64,000 nt of DNA from Convolutriloba macropyga (taxonomy: Eukaryota), in assembly GCF_964194025.1 (NCBI RefSeq), contig NC_134480.1, forward strand, positions 7,688,001 to 7,752,000. Direction: 5' to 3'. Below, piece by piece: positions 51,193-64,000 of this stretch. Positions within the stretch are counted from its first letter, which is position 1. Every line of letters starts with the position of its first letter. Under the pieces are notes generated by a model that made no database searches, was not told the origin of the DNA, and saw only the letters and a program-made list of their open reading frames with translations. The translations under genes were made by a program, and so were the position numbers.

Positions 51193-52140
51193 ATGAGACT
51201 TAAAAGGATACAGTTTACGGTTATAATAATGGTAAACCCAAGAGTTAAATTTCAAAAAATAAACCCAATTCTCTAGCAACAACTAACACAGTTAAGACAT
51301 ATAATAATAACATTCTCAATAAGGAAGAGAGCCATTTAAATTATACATGACTCAATTTTAGAAATAGAGTTTATTTTATCAGATAATGCTGGTGCAAAAT
51401 TTACAAATTATGCTGATATTGGACTGGTTAATTATGGCATCTTGACACTATTTAGTTCAATTTATCTCGAAACTGTTAATGGTAGAACAATTGAATATAT
51501 AGATCTTTGTCATACTAATCTTTTGATGAATAGTTTATAAACAAGCCCTGATGATGAATATGAAAGTGGATTTCTTGGAAATCAAGGTGAAAGAGATAGT
51601 CAAATTAAGGTTGATAATATGCTGCTGAAAGTGATTATATATACATGGCGAGTAAGATGAGCAACCTATTTGGGTTTTACATATGATTTAGAGAAGATTG
51701 TATATGGTTTTAGGATCAAACTAATTTTAACAAGAAATAATAATGATAGAGCATTATATAAATTAATGATGGTGATAATGCAGTAGCTAATGATGATAAA
51801 ATAAAGATTATAAATATATCATGGTATGTACCAAGTTTTGGTCCCAGTGATGATGATAGAATAATTGTACAAAATTTTTAAATAAAAAGAATTCTACTTT
51901 AGTTTTTTTTAAAGTTTAACATTCTAAAGAAATGTACCGAATGCTAACAACTTTTTATTTGATCTTCTTATGCAGAGTGGTATGAAGAGACCTCAATAAA
52001 AACTGCTAGGTTTTAAAAATAATAGTGTTAATGAACAAGTTCATAATGCAAGTATAATTAATATATTGAATGTTACTGAACGTTATTGTAAGATTGGTAG
52101 TGAGTTAATCCAGAAGATAGAATATTCCAGAAGACAGAAT
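51193..52140 (+). pseudogene. Decayed double-jelly-roll major capsid protein of a Polinton-like/adintovirus element
   Basis: DSILEIEF..IGLVNYGILTLFSSIYLETVNGRTIEYID..; NLFGF..DLEKIVYGFRIKLILTRNNNDRALY..; KIKIINISWYVP. Frameshifts and stops present. Confidence 0.7.
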
Positions 52141-55100
52141 AGATCTCTTTTTAAATCGTATATTTTTTCAGCAAAGATCTGTAATATTTGGTCAGCGATC
52201 TTGCATAATTTTCTACATGAAATTGTATTATTTTATTGAGTATTTTGTGATATTGACATAACTGCTAAGTTCAATTCATGAATGAATTTCTTACGAACAG
52301 TATAATGATACTTCCCGAGTCCAAAAATATTTTAGAAAAAAATTGAGGTAAGTGGTAACAAGTGTTTAGAAGAACATTCAATATTGTTTTTTTTTTCAAA
52401 AAAACTTTACGATGAAAACAGCAAAAAGCTTACAAATTGTGCAACATAAACGCTGAATCGGGTATAAGGTCAATGCTAAAACCCATTAAAAACGGTAAAC
52501 ATCAACACTATATTGATTTTTTAGGATCCAAGTTATAACGTGGTGAAGTTTATTTTTCAACGAATTAATGGCTATTCTTATATATTTTTTTAGACAATTT
52601 TTAGCATTCACACCGCCGCTCGAGTTGAGAGTCATTTAGGGCTGAAGAAATACCAACGTGAAGAGTTAAGAATTGAAGAGTAAAAAAAGTTTCACTTTTT
52701 GTTCATCTGATTGGAATCAAATTTTTAAACCAGCAAACCGACTCTCCATATGCGTTGGTGTTTTCGCCACCTGTGCCCGAATTCCTTGGATGTATTGGTT
52801 ACAGACCACACACGAGTACACCGTCGGAGATTTATTGCTTAGCGACATGGAAGAAGCCGGCATTAATCTCCAATTTTTACGGCTTGTTGAAGACAACTTC
52901 TGGTGGAAAAACGTCGCACTTGAAAGGTAGAAACTATGATTTTACATTACTGTGTTCTGAATTGCTCGGTTTGACGTGAAAAGTAATAGGTTTTTTTTTG
53001 TTTATAGAAGAGAACGGCATTAGTAGGAGCGAGACGAGATTTTTATCTTTTCGAAACTGACAGATCCCCGCTCAAAAAATCTGTATCATAAAAGTCTATG
53101 ACACGAATTGCTATCTTGTAGAAGAACGTATATCTTGTGAGAGTCTGTCAGAAAATATTGCAGAGCAATACTCCTTCTCACGTTCACCAACTGAAAACCA
53201 TTTTTCAACTAAAACCATCGTTTTATTGATACATAACATTAATATGCATATACAATCTTCAATTAATTTTACAAAGCCGATGAAGATTTTGTGTAATCTC
53301 CAAAATGACTAAAAGTAACTGATGTTGAATTAGATTCACGGATTCCACAATTTTGGTTCAGCTTGTTAGATGAATAAGAAAAAATATTATGAAAGTGAAG
53401 TGCTGTAAATAAACTTAGCAATTTTAAATTAGCCAAAGTTGATAATCAGAAAACTGCTTCATATATTAACAAAAAGAAAAAAACTGGGAAAATTCCTCGC
53501 GGATTAAAATAATACCCTCGAAGAACTAGTTAAAATAAAAAAAAGAAAATAGGGGGAAAATATTACAACAATCAAAAAAACAAAAAGGTTCAGAAAATTT
53601 AGAACTTTTTGATCATTTCACAGAACCGTTAAATAAACAAACAGATAACGGATGACACAAAAGGTATAAGCAAATAAAACGAAATCTATTGGGTACAGAA
53701 ATACTAAAATTGGTAATTCGATAGCATAGATATTTAATGTTCTTTTTTAATAATGATATGGGTATATAGTAGTAGAATTAATTGACAACGAAATTTTGGT
53801 ATATATATATCTTAGTTGGACAATTGAATCTTGGGCAATCATGCAAAGAATCAGTCAAACTCATTGGGCAGCATATCACTCCTTTGGACATTTCCCGTTC
53901 TTCATCAATTGGAATCTATCGTATTTTGGAGAGTTTTGAAACACAAATCTAATTGGTTTATACAGGTCTTCCCGCTCACCCAATAATGAGAAATGAGAAA
54001 AGAAAATAATAGCCGATTGGAAAAATTTTTCAAGCAGTTTTAACGAAAACGCTGTTGATTATCTCCATGAGTCAACTGAAAAGAAGTTCAAATTGATTTC
54101 TATTTTTGACTAAAGAATTTTCTAAGTTTGTTCCTAAACAAGATTTTTGAACAAAATATGAGACATAAGAAAGACACATGAGATAATAAGAAACATGATG
54201 ACTTTTTAAAACTTAATTTAAATCTGAACGAAAAGATGATGCATAGATTAGTAGAGCATGAGTGACTAAAACTGTAAAAAAAGTTTTCCAAAGGAATTGA
54301 CAACAGTAGAAGGTACTGTTCGCAAATGGATCAAAGAAGCTGCTCTACTGTGTCTTTTTATGAAGTTTTAAGTTTATGAAGATCATTACAAAAAATAGAT
54401 CAACTAGGCTTACTAGCTTTTGATACAAAAACTGGCCAATATCAATTGTAAAATTGACTGTTTATCAGGTCAAATGAAGTATTAGGACATATGAAAATAA
54501 GCAATGGACATATCAACGGTTTTGTTTTTTTTAATAACGGAAAGAAACAAAACTTAGAAAATATCCATTAGAAAATCTGTTTCGCAGAGGAGGCAACAAA
54601 AAAACCAACAAAACAACAACAACAATCTAATTTGAAAAGATAAAACATTCTATATTACCTTCTTTTAGAAGTTATCTCTGAGTAAAAAAAATAGCGATGA
54701 AAAATGTCGCTACAGAATTGAAGATTGCGCATAATCTCATACATAAAATTTAAATGTAAATAAATTTGAGCATTCAAAAAAATTATTTCCAAGCATTGCT
54801 CGAGAAAGGTTCCTTTCTGACGGGAGTAAAGTCTTCTTTAATAAAAGTCATCTTAAACATTAATTTAATATATTATGTTGAATCGTATTAAGCTTATAGT
54901 GTGTCTTCACAGCTGCTTTCAAAAAGAGATTAAACAAATCACTTTTACATATTATCGTTCAACCAATGTTTATCGGCGCTAATGAATAAACTTATCCATT
55001 GATGCTATCACAACATACATTAGTAACAGTGTTCACTGTACTACAAAATTAACAAATGTAAATGTATGAATTTCACTCGAAATCCAACCAATGAAAATGT

Positions 55101-56099
55101 ATTTGTTTGGAATATTTGAATTGCAGAACTCTTAAAATAGGATTGATTATCGTTTCAGAGATGTAAAAAAAATAATTATTACGTTTTCAAAAAGGTATAG
55201 CTTTTATTGACGCAGAGAATTATTTCAAGTAGAGAAATTTTGGTGGCAAACCCAAAAAAAAAATTAATGCAAAATAGGAATGGAGATAGATTGGAGGGAT
55301 TAATATTTTAAAACTTTTGAAAACAAAACTTGGTTTTTAAAGACTTGATTATCTATTATTTGGATAAGACAAAAAAGAATATAACTCAATCAGAAATAAA
55401 AACAAACATCACGGGCAACAAAAAAGACTCTACTTGAATAAGCCTAACCGTTTCAAAACAAGATGCTAATTGCAAATTCCAATTGTCTGAAAACAGATTA
55501 AACGATTCAGAATAAACTTAAATACAAACAGAAAGAATACAATACACATTAGAGATTTGTATTAAAGCAAAACTCGTAACTATTAAAAAATTTATAACTT
55601 TAGAACCTATACTAACCTCGCAGAAGCCATGTCAGTTACATTATTTTCAGTAGTAGCAAAAGGAGCCTCATTATTTGCTGCCTTAACATGAATAGATTTT
55701 TTTTTACAATTTAATGAATTTGAATTGTTTTGGGGCGCTGTTTTTTTTAAATATTTGTTCACACATTTTCATGATTTCTGAAGTCATATTGGAGTAGTGA
55801 TTTTGGTCACGCCGAAACAGGAAATGGAGCGAAAAAGCGAGTAGTTTTGTGGCGTGAATTTTCTTCATTCTTTTTTAAAGTAGAGTGAGAAAAGGGTGAA
55901 GAGTATAATGAACCTTAAAACGTATCTGAAGAAAAGAATAAGAATAAGAACATGAACATTTGTGTTTCTTAATTTCTTCAATGGCTGTTCAGCGTTGGAT
56001 TTTTTTTCAACAACAAAAACTTAGTAACTCCAACATTTTCAACTGCCACAAACTCCAACGTTCAAAAAAATTTTTTGTGAAGGACCAAAACATTACTTA

Positions 56100-56976
56100 A
56101 GTTTCGAAGGTAAAAATTAAATGAAAGACTTTGATCGATGGCAGTTCCCAGTGGCTTCTTATTTAAGTAGATTTAATGTATTTAAGCGTCCTGTTGAGAA
56201 TTAAAATATTTTACGTTCCTTTTAATACGAGTTTTTTCTAAATTTGATTTTTTTATAGTTTTTCATAATTGTTAATCTTTCTGATGTCGCATTATCACAC
56301 ATTGACAGTTCTTTACAATGAATTCGTGGTTTTAGCCTGTATTTGATTTTTTTTGTGGTGGTAGGGAGAATTCTTATTTAAAGCATTTGTTAATATTTCT
56401 TTTGGAGGTGTAAGTTAACTTAGTTAAACCCTCAGTTTAAAGCTAAACGTTAATAGGATTTCATTTTTATTTGTTCCCAAAAAATTGATAGTTTTTTGAG
56501 CTTGGCTCTTTTTTCTTCTTTTCGTCGGTTTGTAGCATAGTCCCTTTCTCTTCAGTGAGATCTCCTATCCACAATTTTATAAAGCAAAGTCGACCCGATA
56601 CATAGTCCCGTCAAGAACAGGCCACATCTTTTCTAATTAAGGACAGGTGATTTTATATAGTTTAGGTTTTATCTGACTTTATCTTGACCTCATTACTGTG
56701 TTATGATTAGATGTTGAGTTTTGGCCGGAACTAATGTTTTCTATTTTTGATTTCGCAGTCCTTGTTATGGCAGATTTTATGGGCAATCTAAGGCCTCATA
56801 GTGTTTTTTAAGTTATTTAGTAATATGTGTCTGGAATTTTTTAATGTGTCTGGAAAAATTATTCTTTTTGAAAATTATTTTCAAACATTTCCTCATTTGG
56901 TAGACAATTAAGTTAAAATTGTGGATAAGCGGGCTCGGAACATTATGTGCAAACGCAAATCACAAAGCCTTCTTTT
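56100..56976 (+). mobile_element. HINE/DINE-1-like element, copy 3 (3' part; 5' boundary uncertain)
   Basis: TTTGGTAGACAA..AGCGGGCTCGGAACATTATGTGCAAACGCAAAT..CTTTT matches the 3' ends of copies 1 and 2. Confidence 0.6.
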
Positions 56977-59900
56977 AAGAATTTTTTTTTAGCTTTCTTC
57001 ATCCAATCTAACTTTTAATAGTAGCTTTAACAGTATCATTCAGCCTTCTCTAAAGATCATACTTAGCTGTTTCATAACAAAATGCTTCAAGTTTTCAGTA
57101 ACAAGATTCGAAATAAACAAATTGGTTTCTGTTTATTGTTGTGGACGGCATTTAGTTGTAGATGTAGATTCAGAAAATTATTTATTAACAGAGCTTCTGA
57201 AAATCTAATGATAGAAGTTGTAACTTCTTGAACGACTCGTTTCAAAAAACAACTAAACAGCATAATGTAGAATGGTGCTAAACCTATTTGTTTTAAAAAC
57301 TTGTTGCGAATAATAAGGATGAAAGAGAATTTTTGTATGTCCTCGTTTTAAAAAATGTTCATTAACGATGATGGTATTCAGCTAGATTTTTTAAATTGGT
57401 GATTTGATAAAACATCATAAAAATAATTTCTGCCACCAAAGAACTTAATAATGATTTCTGAAAGTGCAACAGAAAATAAAATTTCTTTTCTGAAAATTTA
57501 TAAAAAAATCCTGAAAGGGGTTGCTGAAAATTTTTGAGATGAATATTGAAGTACTTTTTTAAAAACAGGATATTCTTATCGAGACAGAGAATTATTTCAG
57601 TAAAAAAATTGTTGAAGAAAAATCCACCAACGGACATAGTGAGAGATATAAATGCACAAATAGTTGAAGAGAAACATGATTGTCAGTGGTTTTTGAAAAT
57701 TAATAAAAAAGTGTTTGAAGAGTAAAATTGAATTGAAACTCTAAATAAAGTAAAGAGAAACTCATCAATAGCAACCACCTTAATTATCTAAAATGATTAT
57801 TATGTTTACAATAAGAAAAATTCAGCATTTTATATTTAAAAAGTCATTTTTTAGGGAAGTTGTTGTCACAAGAAGACAAAGAGTGGTAGGTAGACTAAAT
57901 CAAGAACAAAGAATCAAAATTATAAGCTTTTTTTGACCCCTACTAATCCCCGAAAATTACGGCATCGTTGCGACGTGGGGCCTAGAAGTTAAATTGCTCC
58001 CCGATTATTGGTAGTAGTTTTACGATTGTTGGAAGCTGTTTATCTTCCTATGGGTTTATTTATCTTCCTACGTCTAATTGTGTTTTTTTAAATTATCGGG
58101 CCGTGATCAATATTTCGAGCTTCATCATTCCTTGGAAGCCGAAAACTTAAAAACAAAACAAATTGTTTTTATACAGCTCAAATGTGTTTCAATTTTGAAA
58201 TAATAATAATAATAATAAAGCAATACAGTTAGTTTCTTGATTATATGCATCCATAGATTATTTTTTAAAAAATCAAAACGGGATATTTTGCGTTTGCGGG
58301 TCTCACGACTCGTTAAGAGACCTCAAGATGCTAAAGAATCACATTGGATATCGTCTAGAGTATAATTTTTGAAACTGAGCTAATTCACACCAAACAGTTA
58401 CCAATTATTTTACTAAGTAACGTTTTGACCAATGTGTAACGATGAATAAGTTTTCGAAAACTTTTACCTCATCAGCAAGACCACAAAAACGTAGGTGTGA
58501 TCTTTGTCTTGAACAGAGATGAAAACAGGATCAAAGTTTTTGGATTTTTAATCTCCGGATACAAATTGTTAGTACAATTTCCCCCCAGATTTTTACTGTG
58601 ACCCCTGGATAACATCTGCTCGTCAAAACTGTCAGAAAAATCTTTAATTGTTGCTGTTTTAGTTACTGTTTTCCGATTGAATTTCTAGCAAAATCGCGGC
58701 AAATTTCCTTCGCCAAATCTTTGTGTTAAAAATAGTCAATGATTTAAATCCTGGCATTTGACAAACATTGACTACAGTTTTTACCGAATGTTTTTTTGCT
58801 GGCAGGAATTTGTCAATAATAGCCTGCCAAAGCAGGCTTCAATGTGTGCTTTTTTGAAAAACTTTCAAATAAAAGATAAGCGCAATATGTGACAAAGCAA
58901 TGTGGGTTCGTTCACATTAGTGTAAAGAGGTCATTTACTTGATTGAGTTCAGACAAAATATGAAAAAAGTTGGCCGCAACCCAATAACGGAGCATACTTT
59001 GGCATTAATTTTTTTGCATAGGAATTACCGCCATATTTCTTAATGTGAGGTTTCCAAATGTTAGTCGATTTGTTTACTAGGAGATTTCGTTTTTTTTATT
59101 CAGATAAGAGCATTTCTTTAAGTTAACATGGCAACATAGGTACAAACCAGGAGCGAAACAGAAGAATGGATAAAAAGAGAATCAGAGGAACAGTTTGAGA
59201 AGTTGAGACTTAGATTTAATTAGACTATATTTATAGAGCGGTACTTAGCTTTTTGTGATAATCAAAGAGTGCTAGAAAAATTTTATTCCATTGAAGTTAA
59301 ACTGTTTAAAAGTCCACCAAATGCCAAAAAGTTACAATTTTGTCACCATCGGATATGAGGGGACGCTTATTTGTGACCCACGTAATTTTTTATTTTTAGA
59401 AACTACTGTTCTAAATTATTTTGAAATTGTGGTTTCCGTGCTAGTATTTGTAGTTGACTTGCTTCTGTTAAGATTTCCAGGTTTTTGGATTACTGGCATG
59501 ATCGCAAGTGAGCTATTTTTGAGCCAATCTAAACTGAGACAGTTTACAAAAGCGTTATAGCGAAATTAGCAGATTATCGAGGTTGCACTTTCTCCACTAA
59601 TTGAAACGCTTTGGTTTTTAAGTTTGATAAAACATCGGGGTGTGTCCCCTCGCTGTAAATCTAGCAGGAAATAAAAAAACTGCAGTGACTCCTCTACTTT
59701 GGTCGCCTTTTGTTTTGCAATAATTCTTGATTAGTCGGAGTGTTGTTTCTTTACTGTTCTTGTATTAAAATTATGACATCATACTAAACGGTGATTTATC
59801 TCAACTGATTTACATTTGATCGGCTTAATTGCGTTTCGATCTCAATTGGTAAAGCGCTTTCCTTTACCGAGATACTTTGGAATTTTTGCGTGAACGTTGT

Positions 59901-60317
59901 AACTCTTGGCTTGAAACTGCGATGGAGGGAACAAAAAATGATGAATAGTTTGGCTGAAAAGATTTGTGAATGGGTGTCGATTGCTTACAGTGATTTACTC
60001 AAAATTTATTGACGGTTCGGATAAGCGAGCCCTGACCTTAACAGCGCCTTTGTATATGTTAGACCTAATAGTGCAAGACCTTGTGAATTATCTACAAGAA
60101 ATCCTAGGAGTTGTTTGCTCCATCGAACAAAAAAGCTGTTAGTGAGGCGACTCGCTGCGAGAGAAATTGAACAAGTGGGGGGGGGGGGGGGGATTTAGAC
60201 TGCGGAATTCTAGGGAAATTTTCCGCACTTAATCTCAAACATTGAATTGAGCGATTGGACAGATTTTGAGCGTACCAGATTTAACGCAGTCAACTGATTT
60301 GAATAGTTCGGATTAAA

Positions 60318-62975
60318 ATTGCAACGGATCTGTAGTGGGTCAAAGAGGGCTGCATCCGTTTGTTAAGCAAGAAAGGAAAGAAAAGCGCTAGTCAGTCATT
60401 CATTGATTAAATTCCCCAGCACAGGAACCTCTGAAGAACGTAGCATGCGTCTCCTTCAAAAACATCGGGTATTTATTCTTTTAATACGAAACAATTCATA
60501 GAATTGAAAAATTGGAGAACTACTGACAGAAATATTGTTTCGAGCTACAGTGATTAACTTGAAAATGTACCTGTAGACGTTCTTCCAGAATAAATGAGTG
60601 GTCGAGCAAGTCACAAAGTTTGCAGGCCGGAGCAAAATTGAAGACGGGAAATTCTTGAGTATAAGGTTCTTGAGGGGCAAAATTTTATAGAATTTTTTTT
60701 ATTTGAGGAAATAGTTGGTGAACACGTTGATAATGGCTTTGAATTTTCTCGTAGATGGTTCAGAATTTTCTCGTAGGGACCAAGTTCTTAGCAATGCACT
60801 AAAAGAAGTCAGCTTTGCCATCAGTTTTAACTTTGAAGCAACTGAATGTTTCGACGATGTGCCTTTAACGGCCAGGAACCCGACAAAAGAGTGACATTTT
60901 TTAGGAGCGATTTCTCGTCAGCTCTGAATATGATGAGTTGGAATGCAAAACAGCCTGGAGATGACCTTTTCAACGCAGCAAATGTGACTGATAGGCCGCA
61001 ATTTTTAATTGTGAACCACTAATACTAATGTGAAAGATTTAGAGAAGTCATCTGGTATAGAAGAAACTGACTGGCAGACGGTACCTAAAACACACAATGA
61101 GCTGAAAAATGAGACACCAAAAGTTTGGAGTAAAGAAATCACCGAATTAGAGAAAAAATCGGGGAATGGTTTAACAACATCTCATCGAAAATTAATCTAA
61201 TGATGTTTGGTCGGCCGAACAAAATATTGAGCATAAAAAAGAACGTACTGGAATTGTTATTGAATAATATGCAAAGGAGTTTTGACTGCTTGGATGTTTG
61301 ACTAAAAGAAAGGAAGATTAGGAGTGCAAAAGGTAATAATATGACAGCAGCTTATTATCAAGGGAAATTAAAGACAAACTAGAGAAAAGAATTGGAGTGA
61401 GACTTCCACTGAGATAGTAAAGCTGTTGATGGAGGGATTACCGTTGAACCTTAAAGAGGGTTTAAAATGATTGGTAGCGTCAATTTATTGCAGCTATTGG
61501 AAACATGCAGTAAAAATGGCGACAATGGCAGGAGAGGACTTGGACATCTATTTTAGCAACAGAAAAAGATTTTCAACTTAAAATCTGCAAATGTGAAAGC
61601 TAAAAGAAAAACTTTAGTTATTTGAGCCCTGCATAAGAAAGTGCTAAGTTTTTCGAGCCATGTTCTGATTCATTGCTGTACTATTGGAAATAAGGACAAG
61701 CTGGTAAAGAACAGAATGGTACTGAAATTTTTTTGAGTGTTGGTTTGAACGTTGAAAATCTTATTCTCTCGTTAAAATGGATGTCCACGTCCTCTACTGC
61801 CATTTTTGTCATTACTCCTGCAAGTTTTCGATAGCTGCAATAAAATTATGCTACCAATCATCTTAAACCCTCTTAAAGCCTCAATAATATTTTTTCCATT
61901 AACAGCTTTACTATCTCAGTGGAAGTCTCACTTCAATTGTTTTCTCTACTTGTCTTTAATTTCCGTTGAGAATAAGACGCTGCCATATTACTAACTTCTG
62001 CGCTCCTTATCTTCTTTCTTTTAGTCAAACCTCCAAGCAGTCAGAACTACGCTGCAAATTTTTCAATAACGATTCCAGTACGTTCTTTTTTCAGATCAAT
62101 ATTTTGTTCGGCCGTCCAAAAGTCATTAGACTAATTTTTGTTGAGATGCGGTTAAACCGTTCCCCCGACTTTGACTCTAAACCGCTGATTTCTTTACTCC
62201 GGTCTATTGGTGCTGTAATTTTTCAGCTCTTTATGTGTTTTAGGTACCGACTGCCAGTTAGTTCCGTCTATACCAAATGACTTCTCTAAGTCTTTCACAT
62301 TACTATTAGTGGTACACAGTTAAATATTTCGGCTTATCAATCACGGTTGCTGTGCTTAGAAGGTCACCTCCAGGTTATTTTCCATCCCAAGCCATAATAT
62401 TTAGAGCTGACGAGAGATTTCTTCGAAAAATTTTCACTCTTTTCACGTTTCTGGCCGCTGCAGGCACATCGTAGAAACACTTAAGTGATTTTAAGTTAAA
62501 CCTGATGGCCAAGCTGGCATCTTTTAAATCTTTTATTGCCTTGTTGACAACTGTGTATCTACGAGAAAAAAATCAGAACCTTTGGTAGAACAACTAGGTC
62601 ACCAAATGATTCCTCAAATACAAAAAGTTTTTCTATGAAAATTTGTCCCCTCAGGAACCCTGTATTCTTTTTTTGCTTGTCACTTTTGCGCCGACCTGCG
62701 AATTTGGTAATTTCCTTGACCACTTATTTATTCTGGAAGGATGTCTACAGATACAATTTCAAGTTAATCACTGTAGCTTGAAACACTAATTCTGTGAGTT
62801 CTGTCAGCAGTTTTACAATTTTTCAATTCTATGAAATATTACGCATTGAAAGCTTAAATATTAGATGCTCCAGAACAAGACCCCCTTACTTTACTGCATG
62901 AAGGACTAACTAGCGCTTCGTTTTCCATTCTTACTTAACAAACTTATTTGTTACCTGTTTCAGACCCGTTGCAAT
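60318..62975. repeat. Large diverged inverted repeat (~1.25-kb arms, ~100-170-bp spacer)
   Basis: 60318-61580 aligns in reverse complement to 61750-62975 along its whole length, with many substitutions. Confidence 0.9.
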
Positions 62976-63305
62976 AAAACGCTTAGAAATTGCTCTGTGT
63001 CAACTATCTACTTTCCAATACTTATTTTACTGAGAATATTCGGTGTCAATCTTTGGAAATTGAGGTCTCTTAGCAATTCGTGAGTAACCGGAAGGAAAAA
63101 ATTTGACAGCGCAAAAATATTTCGTCACCAATTTTTTAGGGTTATCTAATTTTTTTCCGATCGCCAGGAAATTTAGGCGTTAGATAAACGTACTCTTCGG
63201 TTTTTCGTTTTTATCTCATCCCGAAGCTGCAATCTCCCGTCAGACTTATTGTTAAATTAAGCAAAATCGGAAAACTTTTGATATTTCAGATTTTTAGATG
63301 TCTCG

Positions 63306-64000
63306 ATCTATTAGTCAATTCAATCCTGACTGAAAGCTTGCTACGATCTCAATCCTAGATTACTTTCCGCCAAATAAGTAAAAGCTTTTCAGCTATAACT
63401 TCAGTGATATGCAAATACTGAATGTCACTGTAATTTCCAAGGACGTGAGGCACATATCTTTAGTCAAAAATTAACTGAATTATTATTTTGACAAAAATTG
63501 AAAAACCCATATTAAAACAAAACTAAATTTGCAGATTGTCAGTTGTTATCAATCAAATTTCTGTGACCGTAAAAGTACTTATTCTTAACCTTCGATGAAA
63601 AATTTCGAAGTAAAAGTTTGTACAACTAATCTACACGAAAAGCGTTTTTATTATAATAAAAACTCGTTTTGTGTAGATTGGTAGTACAAGTATTTACTTC
63701 AAAATTTTTCATCGATTGAGAAAAAGATGTAATTTTACGGCCACATAGTTTTGATTGAAAAGAACTGGAAATCTGCAAATTTAATTTTGTTTTATTATGG
63801 GTTTTTCAATTTTGTCAAAATAATAGTTCAGTTAATTTTTGGCTAAATATATGCGCCTCACGACCTTGGGAAACACAGTGACATTCCGTATTTGCATATC
63901 ACTGAAGTTATAGCTGAAAAGCTTTAATTTATTTGGCGGAAAGTAATCTAGGATTGAGATTGTAGCAAGCTTTCAGTCAGGATTGAATTGACTAGAAGAT
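63306..64000. repeat. Spacerless ~700-bp palindrome (foldback element) running to the window edge
   Basis: Centre TTTTTATTA|TAATAAAAA at 63653/63654. Outer arms near-identical, inner arms more diverged. Confidence 0.92.

Noticed and set aside
52673-52979. Two overlapping plus-strand ORFs
   Set aside because: Look like a frameshifted remnant, but I cannot assign a family.

Overview
AT-rich, repeat-dense eukaryotic DNA, most consistent with an invertebrate animal, with spliceosomal introns and two assembly gaps (30207-30707, 37464-37663). Two intact two-exon housekeeping genes lie on the minus strand: GLRX3/PICOT (9494-10878) and the copper chaperone for SOD1, CCS (15517-16515). Each has a TTTTCAG acceptor just upstream of its ATG. 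A plus-strand mosaic extracellular gene (about 25.9-38.1 kb) can be pieced together by hand from phase-1 exons. Its signal peptide+PAN/apple-like, EGF and F-type-lectin-like exons are open, while three interspersed C-type-lectin-like segments are decayed. Its first intron holds a 130-bp GC-rich double-hairpin island. The rest is largely mobile DNA: a decayed Polinton/Maverick (adintovirus-like) element with integrase and packaging ATPase, carrying a Penelope GIY-YIG insertion with a 14-bp TSD; separate capsid remnants at 51-52 kb; an old two-LTR Ty1/copia element; a Gypsy 3' end; three Helentron-associated (HINE/DINE-1-like) elements; several CCC...GGG-ended MITEs with 2-bp TSDs; a higher-order satellite; tandem duplications; and two large inverted repeats at the right end. 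All family assignments come from motif recognition by eye; no database search was run.
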